Below, piece by piece: positions 1 through 11,615 of a stretch of DNA of 64,000 nt; the stretch's first letter is position 1; every line of letters begins with the position of its first letter. Both the position numbers and the translations under genes were made by a program. Below the pieces are notes generated by a model that ran no database searches, was not told the origin of the DNA, and saw only the letters and a program-made list of their open reading frames with translations. The stretch covers positions 73,351 through 137,350 of the forward strand of contig CAVWLW010000003.1 of NCBI GenBank assembly GCA_963755715.1. Reading direction: 5' to 3'. This DNA comes from an uncultured delta proteobacterium (GTDB lineage Bacteria > Desulfobacterota > Binatia > UBA9968).

Positions 1-659
1 AAAAGATAATCGCCCGGCAGGCAGCGCACTTGCTCGCCGACTTTGACTTCGCCGCTGAGCGCTGTGCCGGTAACGACGACGCCATGCCCTTGCATTACGA
101 AGGCGCGGTCGACGGGCAGGCGGAAGTAACCGTTCGGCGCTGCTTTGGCGTGGCTTTTTAAAAGTTCGGCGATGCGGTCTTTGAGCTCGGAAATTCCTTG
201 GCCGGTGACCGACGAAACGGTGATCTTCGGAGAATTCTCCAGCGTCGTGCCGAGAGTCAAGATATCGATCTCTTCCTCGATGTCGGCGATCCGCGCAGGC
301 GAAACTAAATCCGCTTTGGTAATCACAAAAAGCGCAAGCTTGATGCCGAGCAGGTGGACAATGTCCAAATGCTCTTCGGTCTGCGGCATAACGCCGTCGT
401 CGGCGGCGACGGTAAACAGCACGAGATCGATGCCGTGCGCGCCGGCGAGCATGTTCTTGATAAAGCGCTCGTGGCCGGGCACGTCGACGATGCCCGCCGA
501 AGTACCGTCGGGCAGATCGAGATGGGCGAAACCGAGATCGATGGAGATGCCGCGCTCTTTTTCTTCCTTGAGCCGGTCGGTGTCGGTGCCGGTGAGCGCC
601 TTGATCAGGCTAGTTTTACCGTGATCGATGTGGCCGGCAGTGCCGATGATGTAAGGCAT
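1..659 (-). CDS. selB: Selenocysteine-specific elongation factor SelB (N-terminal part; runs off window start)
   Basis: Translated by hand from ATG at 659: [24 protein letters not shown]...[15 protein letters not shown]...[12 protein letters not shown]. Translational GTPase motifs, directly downstream of selA. Confidence 0.95.
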   Translation of the reverse strand, partial: MPYIIGTAGHIDHGKTSLIKALTGTDTDRLKEEKERGISIDLGFAHLDLPDGTSAGIVDVPGHERFIKNMLAGAHGIDLVLFTVAADDGVMPQTEEHLDIVHLLGIKLALFVITKADLVSPARIADIEEEIDILTLGTTLENSPKITVSSVTGQGISELKDRIAELLKSHAKAAPNGYFRLPVDRAFVMQGHGVVVTGTALSGEVKVGEQVRCLPGDYL

Positions 660-696
660 GATGAGAATTAAAAATTCAAAATTAAAAATTCAAAAA

Positions 697-2085
697 TCAT
701 TCGCCGGCAAACTTTGGGACGAGGTCGTTGGCATCGAAGATACATCTCAGGTCGAGGAGAAATCGGTCGTCATTTATCCGGCCGATGATCGGGGGATCGG
801 CGGCGCGGAACTTTTGCGCGATGGCGTTGGCACTGAACTTTGGGTGCGCGATGCTGACGACGACTGTCGGCAGCTCTTCGGTGGGCAGGGCGCCGCTACC
901 GATCTGTGCCGTTGAGTCTTCGAGCTGGATCTGGAATTCAACGCCGAGCGCCGCTTGAAGGTTGGGTAATAACTGTTCGCCGGTCGCGCGAATTTCTTCG
1001 ACAGATCGGGTAAAAGCTCGAAGCGTGGGAATTTCTTCGACGATGTTCGGCGACTGGCGGTAGCGGCGCAAGGTTGCTTCGAGGGCGGCCAATGTCAGCT
1101 TGCCGCAGCGCAGGGCGCGCTGCAGATGATTTTTGTTCATCCTGCCGATCAAATCTTTTTTGCCGACCATCAGGCCCGCCTGTGGGCCGCCGAGAATTTT
1201 ATCGCCGCTAAACGTCACGACGCTCGCGCCGGCTTGAATTCTTTCCGCGACGATCGGTTCCTTGGGCAAGCCGTACCGGCTTAAATCGATAAGAGCGCCG
1301 CTGCCGAGATCTTCCATCACCGGCAGGTTGTGCTTTTTGCCGATGGCGACGAGCTCTTCCAGTGTCACTTCGGCGGTGAAGCCGACCACTTTATAATTGC
1401 TCGTGTGAACTTTAAGCAGCAGCGCGGTTTTTTCGTTGATGGCATTTTCGTAATCAACCGGGTGGGTGCGATTGGTCGCGCCCACTTCACGCAGCACGGC
1501 GCCGCTTTTGGCCATGATCTCGGGAATGCGAAAGGCGCCGCCGATCTCGATCAGCTCGCCGCGCGAGACGATCACTTCTTTGCCTTCGGCCAAAGTGTTC
1601 AAACCGAGCAATACCGCGGCGGCATTATTATTGACCACCGTCGCGGCTTCAGCGCCGGTAAGCTCGGTCAATAGCTTTTCGAGCGTTTCCTCGCGCTTGC
1701 CGCGTTTGCCGGCGGCGAGGTCGTATTCCAGATTGATCGGATGATCGGCGACCTCGACCATGGCGTCGATCGCCGCGCGCGGTAGCAAGGCGCGGCCCAA
1801 GTTCGTGTGTAAGATGGTGCCGGTGGCATTGACAACTCGGATATGCCCCGGTTGGCCGTCAATAAAAATCGCGCTTTCGATCCGTTCGACGATCGCATCT
1901 TCACTCAGTTCGACTGAGCGACCGCTCCGCCTGATCTCAGCGCGAAGCTGTTCGAGAACAGCGCGGCTTTGTTCCGTGACATATTCCCGATTGTAACGCG
2001 CCAGCAATGCTTCGCAGCGCGCATGTTTGAGCAGACGATCGATGGATGGAAGCTCGCGCAAAAGAGTGGCGGTCTGATCGGCCAT
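697..2085 (-). CDS. selA: L-seryl-tRNA(Sec) selenium transferase
   Basis: VVNATGTILHTNLGRA, SRGELIEIGG, FSGDKILGGPQAG (PLP lysine). Likely start MADQT at 2085. Confidence 0.96.
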   Translation of the reverse strand: MADQTATLLRELPSIDRLLKHARCEALLARYNREYVTEQSRAVLEQLRAEIRRSGRSVELSEDAIVERIESAIFIDGQPGHIRVVNATGTILHTNLGRALLPRAAIDAMVEVADHPINLEYDLAAGKRGKREETLEKLLTELTGAEAATVVNNNAAAVLLGLNTLAEGKEVIVSRGELIEIGGAFRIPEIMAKSGAVLREVGATNRTHPVDYENAINEKTALLLKVHTSNYKVVGFTAEVTLEELVAIGKKHNLPVMEDLGSGALIDLSRYGLPKEPIVAERIQAGASVVTFSGDKILGGPQAGLMVGKKDLIGRMNKNHLQRALRCGKLTLAALEATLRRYRQSPNIVEEIPTLRAFTRSVEEIRATGEQLLPNLQAALGVEFQIQLEDSTAQIGSGALPTEELPTVVVSIAHPKFSANAIAQKFRAADPPIIGRINDDRFLLDLRCIFDANDLVPKFAGE

Positions 2086-2237
2086 GGGGAAAATCAGATT
2101 TACACAGGGAAGAAGCAAATTCAACATGACTTTTGAGTGGAGAATCGGTGCGCCGTTGTCGTTTGCGCATGTTTGACAAGCGCCATCGGCTTCCATAGAG
2201 TTCTGCGCGAGACAGGCGCTGGCTCAAGCGAACCGAG

Positions 2238-2603
2238 ATGGATCATCCCGCCGAAACAAAAACTGTTTCTCAACGTAAAGATCCTCGCACAACGGTCATC
2301 GAATTATTGCGCAGCCGCAACAAACAAGCGCGCTTCATGACCGAATTGCAGGCTTCGCTGGCGCGTTATGGGATCGGCACGGAAGAAGCCGACCGCGCTT
2401 TAGCGGAGTTGGAGTCCGAACGAGTCGTGATGATCCGCGACAATTTCTGCGCTGATCCTCATCTGGCCGGCGTCAACCTGCGCGTCGTCGCGCTGGTGGA
2501 GAGCGTCGATGGCGGCGATCCGCAGATGAGCGCGATTCGCCTGATCGACGAAGCCTGGAACAAGTGGCTGAGTGAGTATCTGGCCAATCATCGGTGCGGA
2601 TGA
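2238..2603 (+). CDS. Hypothetical protein (121 aa), possible winged-helix-like N-terminus, C-terminal HRCG
   Basis: ATG-started ORF filling the gap between selA and the hydantoinase; protein-like composition; no family recognised. Confidence 0.6.
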   Translation: MDHPAETKTVSQRKDPRTTVIELLRSRNKQARFMTELQASLARYGIGTEEADRALAELESERVVMIRDNFCADPHLAGVNLRVVALVESVDGGDPQMSAIRLIDEAWNKWLSEYLANHRCG

Positions 2604-2714
2604 AGCAGATTGGAGCGATGGAGATAGTGAAATGATGGAGTGTTCGGATGTCTGCCTCAATACTCCAGTGAACTCCAAGATCTCGCAATCTGAGATTCTG
2701 ACTGGAGCGAAGAC

Positions 2715-4773
2715 TTGCGCGTAGCAGTCGATATCGGCGGAACATTTACCGACGTGGTCGTGTTTGACGAGGCGAACAGTTCGCTGGCGTTGGCGAAGGC
2801 GCTGTCGACGCCGGCGGAGTTGGCGCGCGGGGTGTTGGAAGGTTTGACCAAGGCTGCCGTGCGCTTCGCCGACGTGTCGACCTTGATTCACGGTTCCACG
2901 GTGGTGGTCAACGCGATCATCGAGCGCAATGGCGCCAAGACCGCGCTGGTGACGACCAAGGGATTTCGCGACGTTTACGAGATCGGCCGCATCAACCGCC
3001 CCGAGTCTTTTAACCCGCGCTTTCGCAAGCACCGTCCGCTGGTGCCGCGCGAAGATATTTTTGAAGTGACCGAGCGCATGCTTGCCGACGGCTCGGTGCG
3101 CACGCCGTTCGACGAGCGGGAAGCGCGCGAGGTGGCGCGCATCATCAAGGAAGAAGGATTCGAAGCGGTGGCGGTATTGTTTCTGCATTCCTATCGTGCG
3201 CCGGAGCATGAGATCCGCATGTGCGAGATCCTGCGCGAAACCGATGCAAATTTATTTTTAAGCGCGTCCCATGAGCTGTCGCGCGAGTATCGCGAATACG
3301 AACGCACTTCGACGGTTGCGGCCAACGCCTACGTCGGACCGAAAGTGAGTCAATACCTGGGTGATCTCGAACAACGGCTGCGTGACAACAAATTTCGCGG
3401 CAATCTCATGATCATGCAGTCCAACGGCGGCTTGTCCGACGTCGACATGGCGCGGCGCCAGTGCATTCAGATGATGGAGTCTGGACCGGCGGGGGGCGTG
3501 GTCGGCACGATGGCGCTCTGCGAATTGCTCGATCTCGACGCCGCGATTGCTTTCGACATGGGCGGGACTACCGCAAAAGCTTGCGTGATCCGGCGCGGCG
3601 AACCGAGCCTTTCGCCGGATTACTTCATCGGCGGCTATAACGAAGGGCTCGCGGTGCGTATTCCCGTTCTCGACATCGTCGAAGTCGGCACCGGCGGCGG
3701 CAGCATCGCGTGGCTCGACGAAGGCGGCGGTCTGCATGTCGGTCCGCGCAGCGCCGGAGCGGAACCCGGGCCGGCGAGCTACGGACGCGGCGGCACCGAA
3801 CCGACGGTCACGGACGCGAACGTCATCCTCGGCCGACTCTCGCCCGAGCGCTTTCTCGGCGGCGAAATGCGCTTGGATCGAAGCGCCGCGGAAAAATCGT
3901 TGCGCGAACGGATCGCGCAACCGCTCAACGTCAATCTCGAACGCGCCGCCTCGGGCATGCTGCAAGTCGCCACTTCGGCGATGGCCAACGCGGTGCGTCA
4001 TGTGACGCTCGAGCGCGGCCTCGACCCGCGCGATTTTACGCTGGTTGCCTACGGCGGCGGCGGACCGCTGCACGCCGCGTCGGTGGCGAAAGAATTGTCG
4101 ATCGGGAAAATAATTATTCCGAGCGCGCCGGGCCATTTTTCCGCGCTCGGCATGCTGATGGCCGATCTGCGCCGGGATTACGTGCAAACTTTGTTCGAAC
4201 GCATGGACGAATCTGGAGATGTTCCAACTGGAAGATCAGTTCAAGAAACTAGAAGACGAAGGGCGGGCGGCGCTCGAGGCGTCGGGTATTCCGACCGACC
4301 GGATCGTCTTCGAGCGCGCCGCCGATATGCGCTACGTCGGTCAGGAACACGCGGTGGCGGTGCGCATGCCCGCCAAGGTCGGTGATGAAACCGCGCGCGC
4401 CGAGATCAAACGGCTTTTCGACGAGGCGCATGAGCTGCGCTACAGCCACAGCGCGCCGGAAGAATCCGCCGACATCGTGAGCTTGCGTGTCTCCGCGATC
4501 GGGCGGCTCGGCAAACCGCAGTTTGGCCAAATCACCGCCGGTGAAAAAACGCCGCCGGCAAATGCTCGGCGCGGTACTCGCATGGTCATCTTCGAAGGCG
4601 CCGGGTCCGTCGAGGCGCCGGTCTATGATCGAACCAAGCTGCTGCAAAGCAATGTGATCTCAGGCCCGGCAATCATCGAGGAGGCGGCGTCAACGACGGT
4701 GGTCGAGCCCGGCGATACGGTCACGGTGAATGCGTTCGGACATTTGGTCATGCAGCTTAATAGCGCACAATAA
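2715..4773 (+). CDS. hyuA: Hydantoinase/5-oxoprolinase subunit A family (one frameshift near 4210)
   Basis: VDIGGTFTD, DMGGTT, GTGGGSIA, GPRSAGAEPGP, DMRYVGQ. ORFs 2715-4385 and 4219-4773 join into one protein. Confidence 0.9.
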
Positions 4774-4820
4774 GTGCGCGCCGAGCCTCAAATCGTTCAA
4801 GCCGTTTAAAACATAAAATT

Positions 4821-6621
4821 ATGAATACCGCACAATCAGTGACTAAAACCCGCGTCGACGCCTTCACCGCCGAAGTGATTCGCAGCGCTTTGGTGGCGAT
4901 CACCGGAGAGATGAAGACCAATTTGATGCGCACGGCGTATCACACGATCATTTACGAAGCCGAAGATTTTACCGTGGGACTTTTCGATGGCGACGGCAAC
5001 ACGATCTCCATCGGGCTCGGGCTGCCGATGTTTATTCGCGGACTTGTCCGATGCGATCAAGGCGAAGATCGCGCACTGGGGTAAGGAAAACATCGAGCCG
5101 GGCGACATTCTCCTTACCAACGATAGTTACACCATGGGCAGCCACTTGAATCATCTGATTTTTACGTTGCCGATTTTTAACGACGGCGAGCTGATGGCGT
5201 TTTCTTCTGCGATGGCGCATTGGCAGGACGTCGGCGGACAGCTTGGTGGCGTGACTCGCGATATTTTTTCTGAAGGTCTGCAGCTGCCGTTCGTGAAAAG
5301 TTTCCGGGCCGGAATAGAAAATCCCGAGATCACTGCGATTATCAAAGCCAACGTGCGTGTGCCGGAGCGGGCCATGGGCGATATGCGCGCGCAGCTCGCT
5401 TCCATCCGCACCGGTGAGCGGCGGGTGATGCATTTACTAAAGCGCTACGGCAACGAGGCGTTCAAACAGAGCATCCGGTTAATTTACGAGCAGAGTGAAA
5501 AAGTCGCGCGCGCGGCAGTGGAGAAAATTCCCGACGGCGTTTACGAAGCCGAGTCGTTCATGGACGACGACGGCGTGAATCTCCTCAAACATATTCCGAT
5601 CAAAGTCCGGGTCGAAGTCAGCGGCGACAAGATGACGATCGATCTGAGCGATGTCAGCCCGCAGGTGGCGGGATTCTACAACTCCGGCATTACCGCCGGG
5701 CGCTCAGCCGCCGAAGTTGTTTTCAAGTGTGTCACGGCTCCGCTATTACTGCCGATCAACGACGGCTCGTTTCGGCCGCTCAAGATCATTCTTCCGCCGG
5801 GGCGAGTGGTGAGCGCGGTGAAGCCGGCGCCGGTGCGTGTCTGGATGACCGTGCCGATGACCGTGTGCGATACGATTTTTCGCGCGCTGGCGCCGGCGTG
5901 TCCGGAACGCACGATCGCCGGACATTACGCCGATCTCTGTACCGTCAACCCGCATGGTTTCGATGCATCGACCGGGCGCTTTTTCTGGTCGCATATCGGC
6001 CATCCAGGTGGTGGTTGGGGCGCCAAGCACGATGAGGACGGCATGAGCGCGACTGTGTGTCTTAATGACGGCGACACGCACAACTCGCCGGTAGAAGCGA
6101 CCGAAGCCAAGAGTCCGATCATCGTCGAGCGACGCACCTTGCGCCAAGACTCCGGCGGTCCGGGCAAGTTTCGCGGTGGTCTCGGCGTGGCAAACGAAGT
6201 GCGCATGCGCCGGACGGCGACGATTCACGCCCATGTGGAGCGGACCATCTGCGCGCCGTGGGGCCTACACGGCGGCAAGGACGCGCTGGCGAATCGAATT
6301 TCGATCGAGCGCACGAACGGCGAGGTAGAAAAATTTCCCACGGGTAAAATCAAACCGACGGAGATCGATGCGGGTGATTCTTTCTTGATCGAGACGGCAG
6401 GCGGCGGCGGTTTCTGGAATCCGCTACAGCGCGATGCCCAGCGCGTGCTCGCCGACGTACGCGCCGGTTACGTGTCGCTGGAGGCGGCGCGGCGGGATTA
6501 CGGCGTCGTGATTCAGCAGCACGGACGACGGTTTGAATTCGATGCCGCAGCGACCGCGGAGTTGCGCCGGCAAAATAACGCATTACAAATTCCAGATTCC
6601 AAATTTCAGGTTGGGGAGTAG
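4821..6621 (+). CDS. hyuB: Hydantoinase B/oxoprolinase family protein, copy 1 (frameshift near 5045)
   Basis: LMRTAYHTIIYEAEDF, GSHLNH, HWQDVGG, DSGGPGKFRGGLG. Confidence 0.9.
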
Positions 6622-6659
6622 ACAGCAGCCTCACATGGGAGCGCGGCGAGTTTTGGAAT

Positions 6660-8436
6660 ATGAAATCTGAAATTTGCGATGCCGAGCGCAGCGAGGCCAC
6701 GGTGGATGCCTTTACCGTCGAGGTGATCCGCAGCACGGTAGTGGCGATCACCGATGAGATGAAGACCAATCTCATGCGCACCGCCTACAACATGATTATC
6801 TATGAAGCCGAAGATTTCACCGTCGGCCTGTTCGATCCCGACGGCAACACGATTTCTATCGGCCTGGGGTTGCCGATGTTTATCCGCGGGCTGTCGGACG
6901 CGATCAAAGCCAAGCTCGCGCATTGGGGCAAGGAAAACATTTTTCCCGGCGACATACTTCTCACCAACGATCCGCAGGTGATGGGCAGCCATCTAAATCA
7001 CATGATTTTTACTTTGCCGGTTTTTCACGATGGCGAGCTGGTGGCGTTTTCGTCGTCGATGGGCCACTGGCAGGATGTGGGCGGCGTACTCGGCGCGGTG
7101 ACGCGGGATATTTTTTCCGAAGGGCTGCAGATGCCATTCGTGAAGATATTCAAATCCGGCAAGCAGGACGCCGAGCTGACAGCGATCATTCGCAGCAACT
7201 GCCGCTTGCCGGAATTCGCCATGGGTGACTTTCGCGCGCAGATCGCCGCGATCCGCACCGGCGAGCGGCGTTTAACGCGATTGCTCCAGCGCTACGGCGC
7301 CGAGACGTTCAAAGAGTCCGTGCGGCTGATATTCGATCAGAGCGAGAAGTTGGCGCGCGCCGCGGTGGAAAAAATTCCCGACGGGGTTTACGAAGCCGAA
7401 TCGTTCATGGACGACGACGGCGTCAACCTGGGCAAGCATGTGCCGATCAAAGTCCGCGTCGAAGTGCAGGGCGACGAGATGACCGTTGATTTGAGCGGCG
7501 TGAGCCCGCAAGTGGCGGGGCCGTACAATTCGGGTTCGACGGCGGGACGCTCGGCGTCGGAAGTCGCTTTCAAATTTCTCACAACGCCGCTGCTGTTGCC
7601 GATCAACCACGGCTCTTTCCGGCCGCTCAAGGTCATCTTGCCGCCGGGACGCATCGTGAGCGCCACCAAACCGGCGCCGGTGCGCACTTGGATGACCGTG
7701 CCGATGACGGTTGCGGATACGATCTTCAAGGCGCTGGCGACCGCTTGTCCCGACAATGTTATGGCGGGGCAGCACGCGGACCTCGCCATTCCGCGCACCT
7801 TCGGTCTCGATCCCAAAACTGGCCGCGCTTTTCACTTTCCGCAGACACTTTCGGGCGGCGGTTGGGGCGCCTTGCACGATTGCGACGGACAGAACGCAAC
7901 ATTTTGCATCAACGATGGCGACACGCATAACACGCCGGTGGAAGCAGGCGAAGGGAAAGGGCCGATATTCATCTCCTATCGAAAGCTGCGCGAAGATTCA
8001 GGCGGTCCGGGCAAGTTCCGCGGCGGACTCGGCGTGGCGCAAGAAGTACGAATGCTCGCGCCGGCCAGCGTGCAATCCGCGATGGAGCGGACGCTTTGCC
8101 CGCCGTGGGGACTGCACGGCGGTAAAGACGCGCTGGCCAACCGCTTCAGTATCGTGCGCAAGGACGGATCGATACAGAGATTGCCGACTGGGAAAACCGC
8201 CGGGCATGTCGCTCTCGAGGCCGGCGACGGATTTCTCATCGAAGTGGGCGGTGGCGGCGGATTTTGGAATCCATTGGAGCGCGATCCGGCGCGCGTGCTC
8301 GACGACGTTCGTTCCGGCTACGTTTCGCATCGAAGCGGCGCGGCGCGAATACGGAGTGGTGATTCGGCAAAACGGGCGGAAGTTCGAGATCGATGTGGCA
8401 GCGACTGCGGGAGTTAAGGCGAGCACGCGAATCTGA
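6660..8436 (+). CDS. hyuB: Hydantoinase B/oxoprolinase family protein, copy 2 (frameshift near 8325)
   Basis: Close paralog of 4821-6621 with the same motifs; C-terminus EAARREYGVVI continues in another frame. Confidence 0.9.
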
Positions 8437-8491
8437 GCGGCGGCCCATTCCTGCCTGAGAGGCTGGGGCGCGGTGAGGAAATTTCTATAGG

Positions 8492-8567
8492 TGTCATGCT
8501 GAGCACGCGAAGCATCCCGCATTTCAAGGACGAAGCGAGATCCTTCGCCTATCGGCTCAGGATGACA
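8492..8567. repeat. Palindromic intergenic repeat (TGTCAT.CTGA...TCAGGATGACA family)
   Basis: tgtcatgctga...gagatccttcgcctatcggctcaggatgaca. Related copies at 14957-15177 and about 26360-26418. Confidence 0.8.
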
Positions 8568-8672
8568 TCACGATGCAGTTGCCTTGCAAGCGAAAAATAT
8601 CTTCTGATTGGTGCCGCCAGTTCGCTGCCCGGCAACAGCTGATTGTCGATTCTTATAACCGGAGGCGGATTA

Positions 8673-9673
8673 ATGACGACGAAAAATCAACGGCCGATAC
8701 TTCAAGCGGCCGCGGTTTTGGGAGCGGCGTTCCTCTTGGTTGTTTCGGCATCTCCGGGATTCGGCTCAAGAAACCCGAACCAAGATCCGCATCTCTTACC
8801 CCAACATCTCGATCTGCTGCCTGGCTTTGTTCGCCGCGCAGCAGTGGAAGATCTTCGAACAGAACGGCCTTGACGTTGAAAGCATTCAGATGCGCTCCCA
8901 AGCCGCCAATTCAGCCTTGGCCAGCGGCGACATTCACTATGTCGCCGGCGTCGGTCCCAACTCAGTTGCGGCAACGCTGCGGGGATTGCCTTCCAAAGCC
9001 GTCTGGTTTGCCTCTGAGTCGCTGATCTACACGGTTCTCGCTCGGCCCGAGTTCAAGTCGCTAAAAGAATTGCGCGGCAAGCGGCTCGGCCTTACCGGAC
9101 TCGGCGGCACGTCGGACGTGGCCCTGCGCATTGCTCTGGAAGCGGTCGGGGAAAATCCCAAAGACTTCATTATTGTCGCTCTGGGCGCACCGCAGCTGAT
9201 GAGCGGGTTGGAGAGCGGCACCATCGAAGCAGCGCAGCTCAATTCGCCGTTGAATTATCACGCCAAGAAAAAAGGTTTTCGCGAGCTCCTCGATATCGGT
9301 GCGCACGTGCAGATGCCGCTGGGCGGGATAACCGCGTCTAATGCCTCCATCCAAAACCGCAGCGAGCGAGCTCAAACGCGTGATCCGCTCTTTGCAAATG
9401 GCCAAGAGAGCGCTGCTTCAGTCGAAAGAAAAAGCGATTGATTTGATCATGCGCACCATTCGCGTCGACCGAGAGGTGGCGGAAGAAATGTTCGCCGATA
9501 ATCGGCGTAGCGCTTCGGGCAACGGCGTGCCGAGCCGCGAGGGCATGGAGCAGATCGTCAAATCGCTGCAGATGCTCGGTCAGTTCACCGGCAAGAAGAT
9601 TGCTTTCGAGGAAATCACCGACACGCGTATCGCGCGGGAAGTCGCGAAGGAGTTAGGTTACAAGGTCGATTAG
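8673..9673 (+). CDS. ABC-type substrate-binding protein, NMT1/THI5/SsuA-like, subtype A (two frameshifts)
   Basis: Signal peptide MTTKNQRPILQAAAVLG, then KIRISYPNISICCL, LRGKRLGLTGLGG, C-terminal AREVAKELGYK. Confidence 0.85.
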
Positions 9674-9728
9674 GCTTCAAGGTTTTGGCTTTAGGGTGTC
9701 CGGATCTGCTTAGTCTACGAGCACAACA

Positions 9729-10694
9729 GTGCGAGCTGGATTGATTCTCCTGTGTGAATTGATTTGCGCGCTATGCCTCGGCGATCCTTCATTCGCGCAG
9801 GACAGAGTTCGCATTGCCTACGTCGGACCGTCCCTCAGCAACTTGCCGCTGCTCGCTGCCAAAGAAACCGGAATATTTGCTCGCCATAAGTTGGACGTCG
9901 AGATTCTGCTATTGACGTCGCAGCTCTCAGCCGTGGCCCTGGGCGCCGGGGAGCTTGAATACGTCGCCGGCGTCGGTCCTGGGTCAGTCGGCGGGACTCT
10001 CGCGGGTATTCCTTCCCGCGCTGTATGGGTCGTCTCCAATCGGATTCTACACTCGGTCGTCGCGCAACCGGAAGTGAAGTCTTTACAAGACTTGCGCGGA
10101 AAAAAGATCGGCGTCACCGGATTAGGCGGGACGACGCATACCTCGTTGATGATGGCGATCGAAAAGTTCGGCGGCAATCCGCGGGAATATATCGTCGTGT
10201 CGCTCGGACCGCAGCAATACCTGCGGGCCTTAGAGTCTAAAGCTGTAGACGCTGCAACCGTCGACCCGCCGTTGCTGTTTCTTGTGCTGAAAAAAGGCTT
10301 CAGCAGGATCCTCGATCTCGGCTCGGTCGTAGAGATGCCGGTGGGTGGTTTGACCACAATGATGAAGACATTAAACTCAAAGTCCGAGCAAGTCGTAAGA
10401 ATCATCAAATCGCTGCAAGAGGCGAAAGATTTACTGCTGAGCTCCAAAGAACGCGCCGTCGACTTCACGATAAAAGTCATGAAGATGGACCGCGAAAGCG
10501 CGCTCAGGAGCTATGAGCTCATGGCTGTTGCCTGGGTTGGCACCGGCGTGCCGACGCGCGCGGGCATGGAAAATATTATCCGCGGGGTTCAGTCACAGGG
10601 TCGCTTCGCTGACAAGAAGGTGGCGTTCGAAGACGTCGCCGATAGCAGATTTGCAATTCAGGCAGCGCGGGAATTGGGTCATAAAGCCGAATAG
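9729..10694 (+). CDS. NMT1/THI5-like substrate-binding protein, subtype B
   Basis: Signal peptide, DRVRIAY, DLRGKKIGVTGLGG. Confidence 0.88.
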   Translation: MRAGLILLCELICALCLGDPSFAQDRVRIAYVGPSLSNLPLLAAKETGIFARHKLDVEILLLTSQLSAVALGAGELEYVAGVGPGSVGGTLAGIPSRAVWVVSNRILHSVVAQPEVKSLQDLRGKKIGVTGLGGTTHTSLMMAIEKFGGNPREYIVVSLGPQQYLRALESKAVDAATVDPPLLFLVLKKGFSRILDLGSVVEMPVGGLTTMMKTLNSKSEQVVRIIKSLQEAKDLLLSSKERAVDFTIKVMKMDRESALRSYELMAVAWVGTGVPTRAGMENIIRGVQSQGRFADKKVAFEDVADSRFAIQAARELGHKAE

Positions 10695-10727
10695 CCTGCA
10701 TGGGTCGATTACAAAACGAGGTGCGCC

Positions 10728-11567
10728 GTGAAGCAGTTGACAGCTAACGTACTCGTGGAAACCGGGTTGAAGGGCGCCAATCACGGCGTCGTCACGACCT
10801 CGGATGGCGTGGTGTTAATCGATACGCCGCATAAGCCGAGCGACGCCGTGCGGTTGAAAGGGGAGATCGAGCGGCTCGGCCGGCTGCGTTACATTATCAA
10901 CACCGAGCCGCACGGCGATCATTGGACCGGCAATGCTTTCTTCGACGTACCGGTGGTCGCGCACGAAGGCGTGCGCTCGCGCATCCTCGGCACTGATTTG
11001 GCCGCGCATGTCGCGCGCGTGGCTTCCTTCGGACCTGACGAATCAAAGTTTCTGGAAAACTATAAAGCCAACGCGCCGGTGATCACGTTTCAGAGCGAGA
11101 TGACCTTGCACGTGGGCAATCACACGTTTCATATGATCCATATGCCCGGCCACACGCCGTACCAAGCGGCCGTGATCGTCGAAGAAGAAGGCGTCGTTTT
11201 CACCAGCGACAATATTTTTTGCAAGGTGCAGACTTGGCTCCAAGAGGCCAATCCGGATCATTGGCTGAAAGCGCTCGCGTCACTGCGCGCGTTGCGCGAG
11301 GATACGTTCGTCCCCGGCCACGGGCCGGTTTGCGATAAGCGCTACTTGGACGAGCAAGGCTCTTTCATCAGCGAATGGGTCGAGTACGTGCGCGGCGGCA
11401 TCGAGCGCGGCATGAACAAAGAGGAGTGCGTCGCCAACCTCACCGCATTGACCGACCGATATCCTATGGACGTCGGCCAAGACGGCATGGCGCCGCACGT
11501 GATGCGCTTAAACGTCGCCAATCTTTATGATTACCTAACCAGCGCCGGCATCCACAAACCTAGCTAA
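10728..11567 (+). CDS. Metallo-beta-lactamase-fold hydrolase (cyclase-like)
   Basis: INTEPHGDH (variant of HxHxDH), PGHT, SD, VPGHG. Confidence 0.88.
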   Translation: MKQLTANVLVETGLKGANHGVVTTSDGVVLIDTPHKPSDAVRLKGEIERLGRLRYIINTEPHGDHWTGNAFFDVPVVAHEGVRSRILGTDLAAHVARVASFGPDESKFLENYKANAPVITFQSEMTLHVGNHTFHMIHMPGHTPYQAAVIVEEEGVVFTSDNIFCKVQTWLQEANPDHWLKALASLRALREDTFVPGHGPVCDKRYLDEQGSFISEWVEYVRGGIERGMNKEECVANLTALTDRYPMDVGQDGMAPHVMRLNVANLYDYLTSAGIHKPS

Positions 11568-11615
11568 ATATTTTTGGATTTTCGATTGCCGATTTTAGAT
11601 GGGGGAATCGAAAAC

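Noticed and set aside
660-2714. tRNA-Sec (selC) or selD near selAB
   Set aside because: No cloverleaf or T-loop motif and no SelD-like ORF found by eye.
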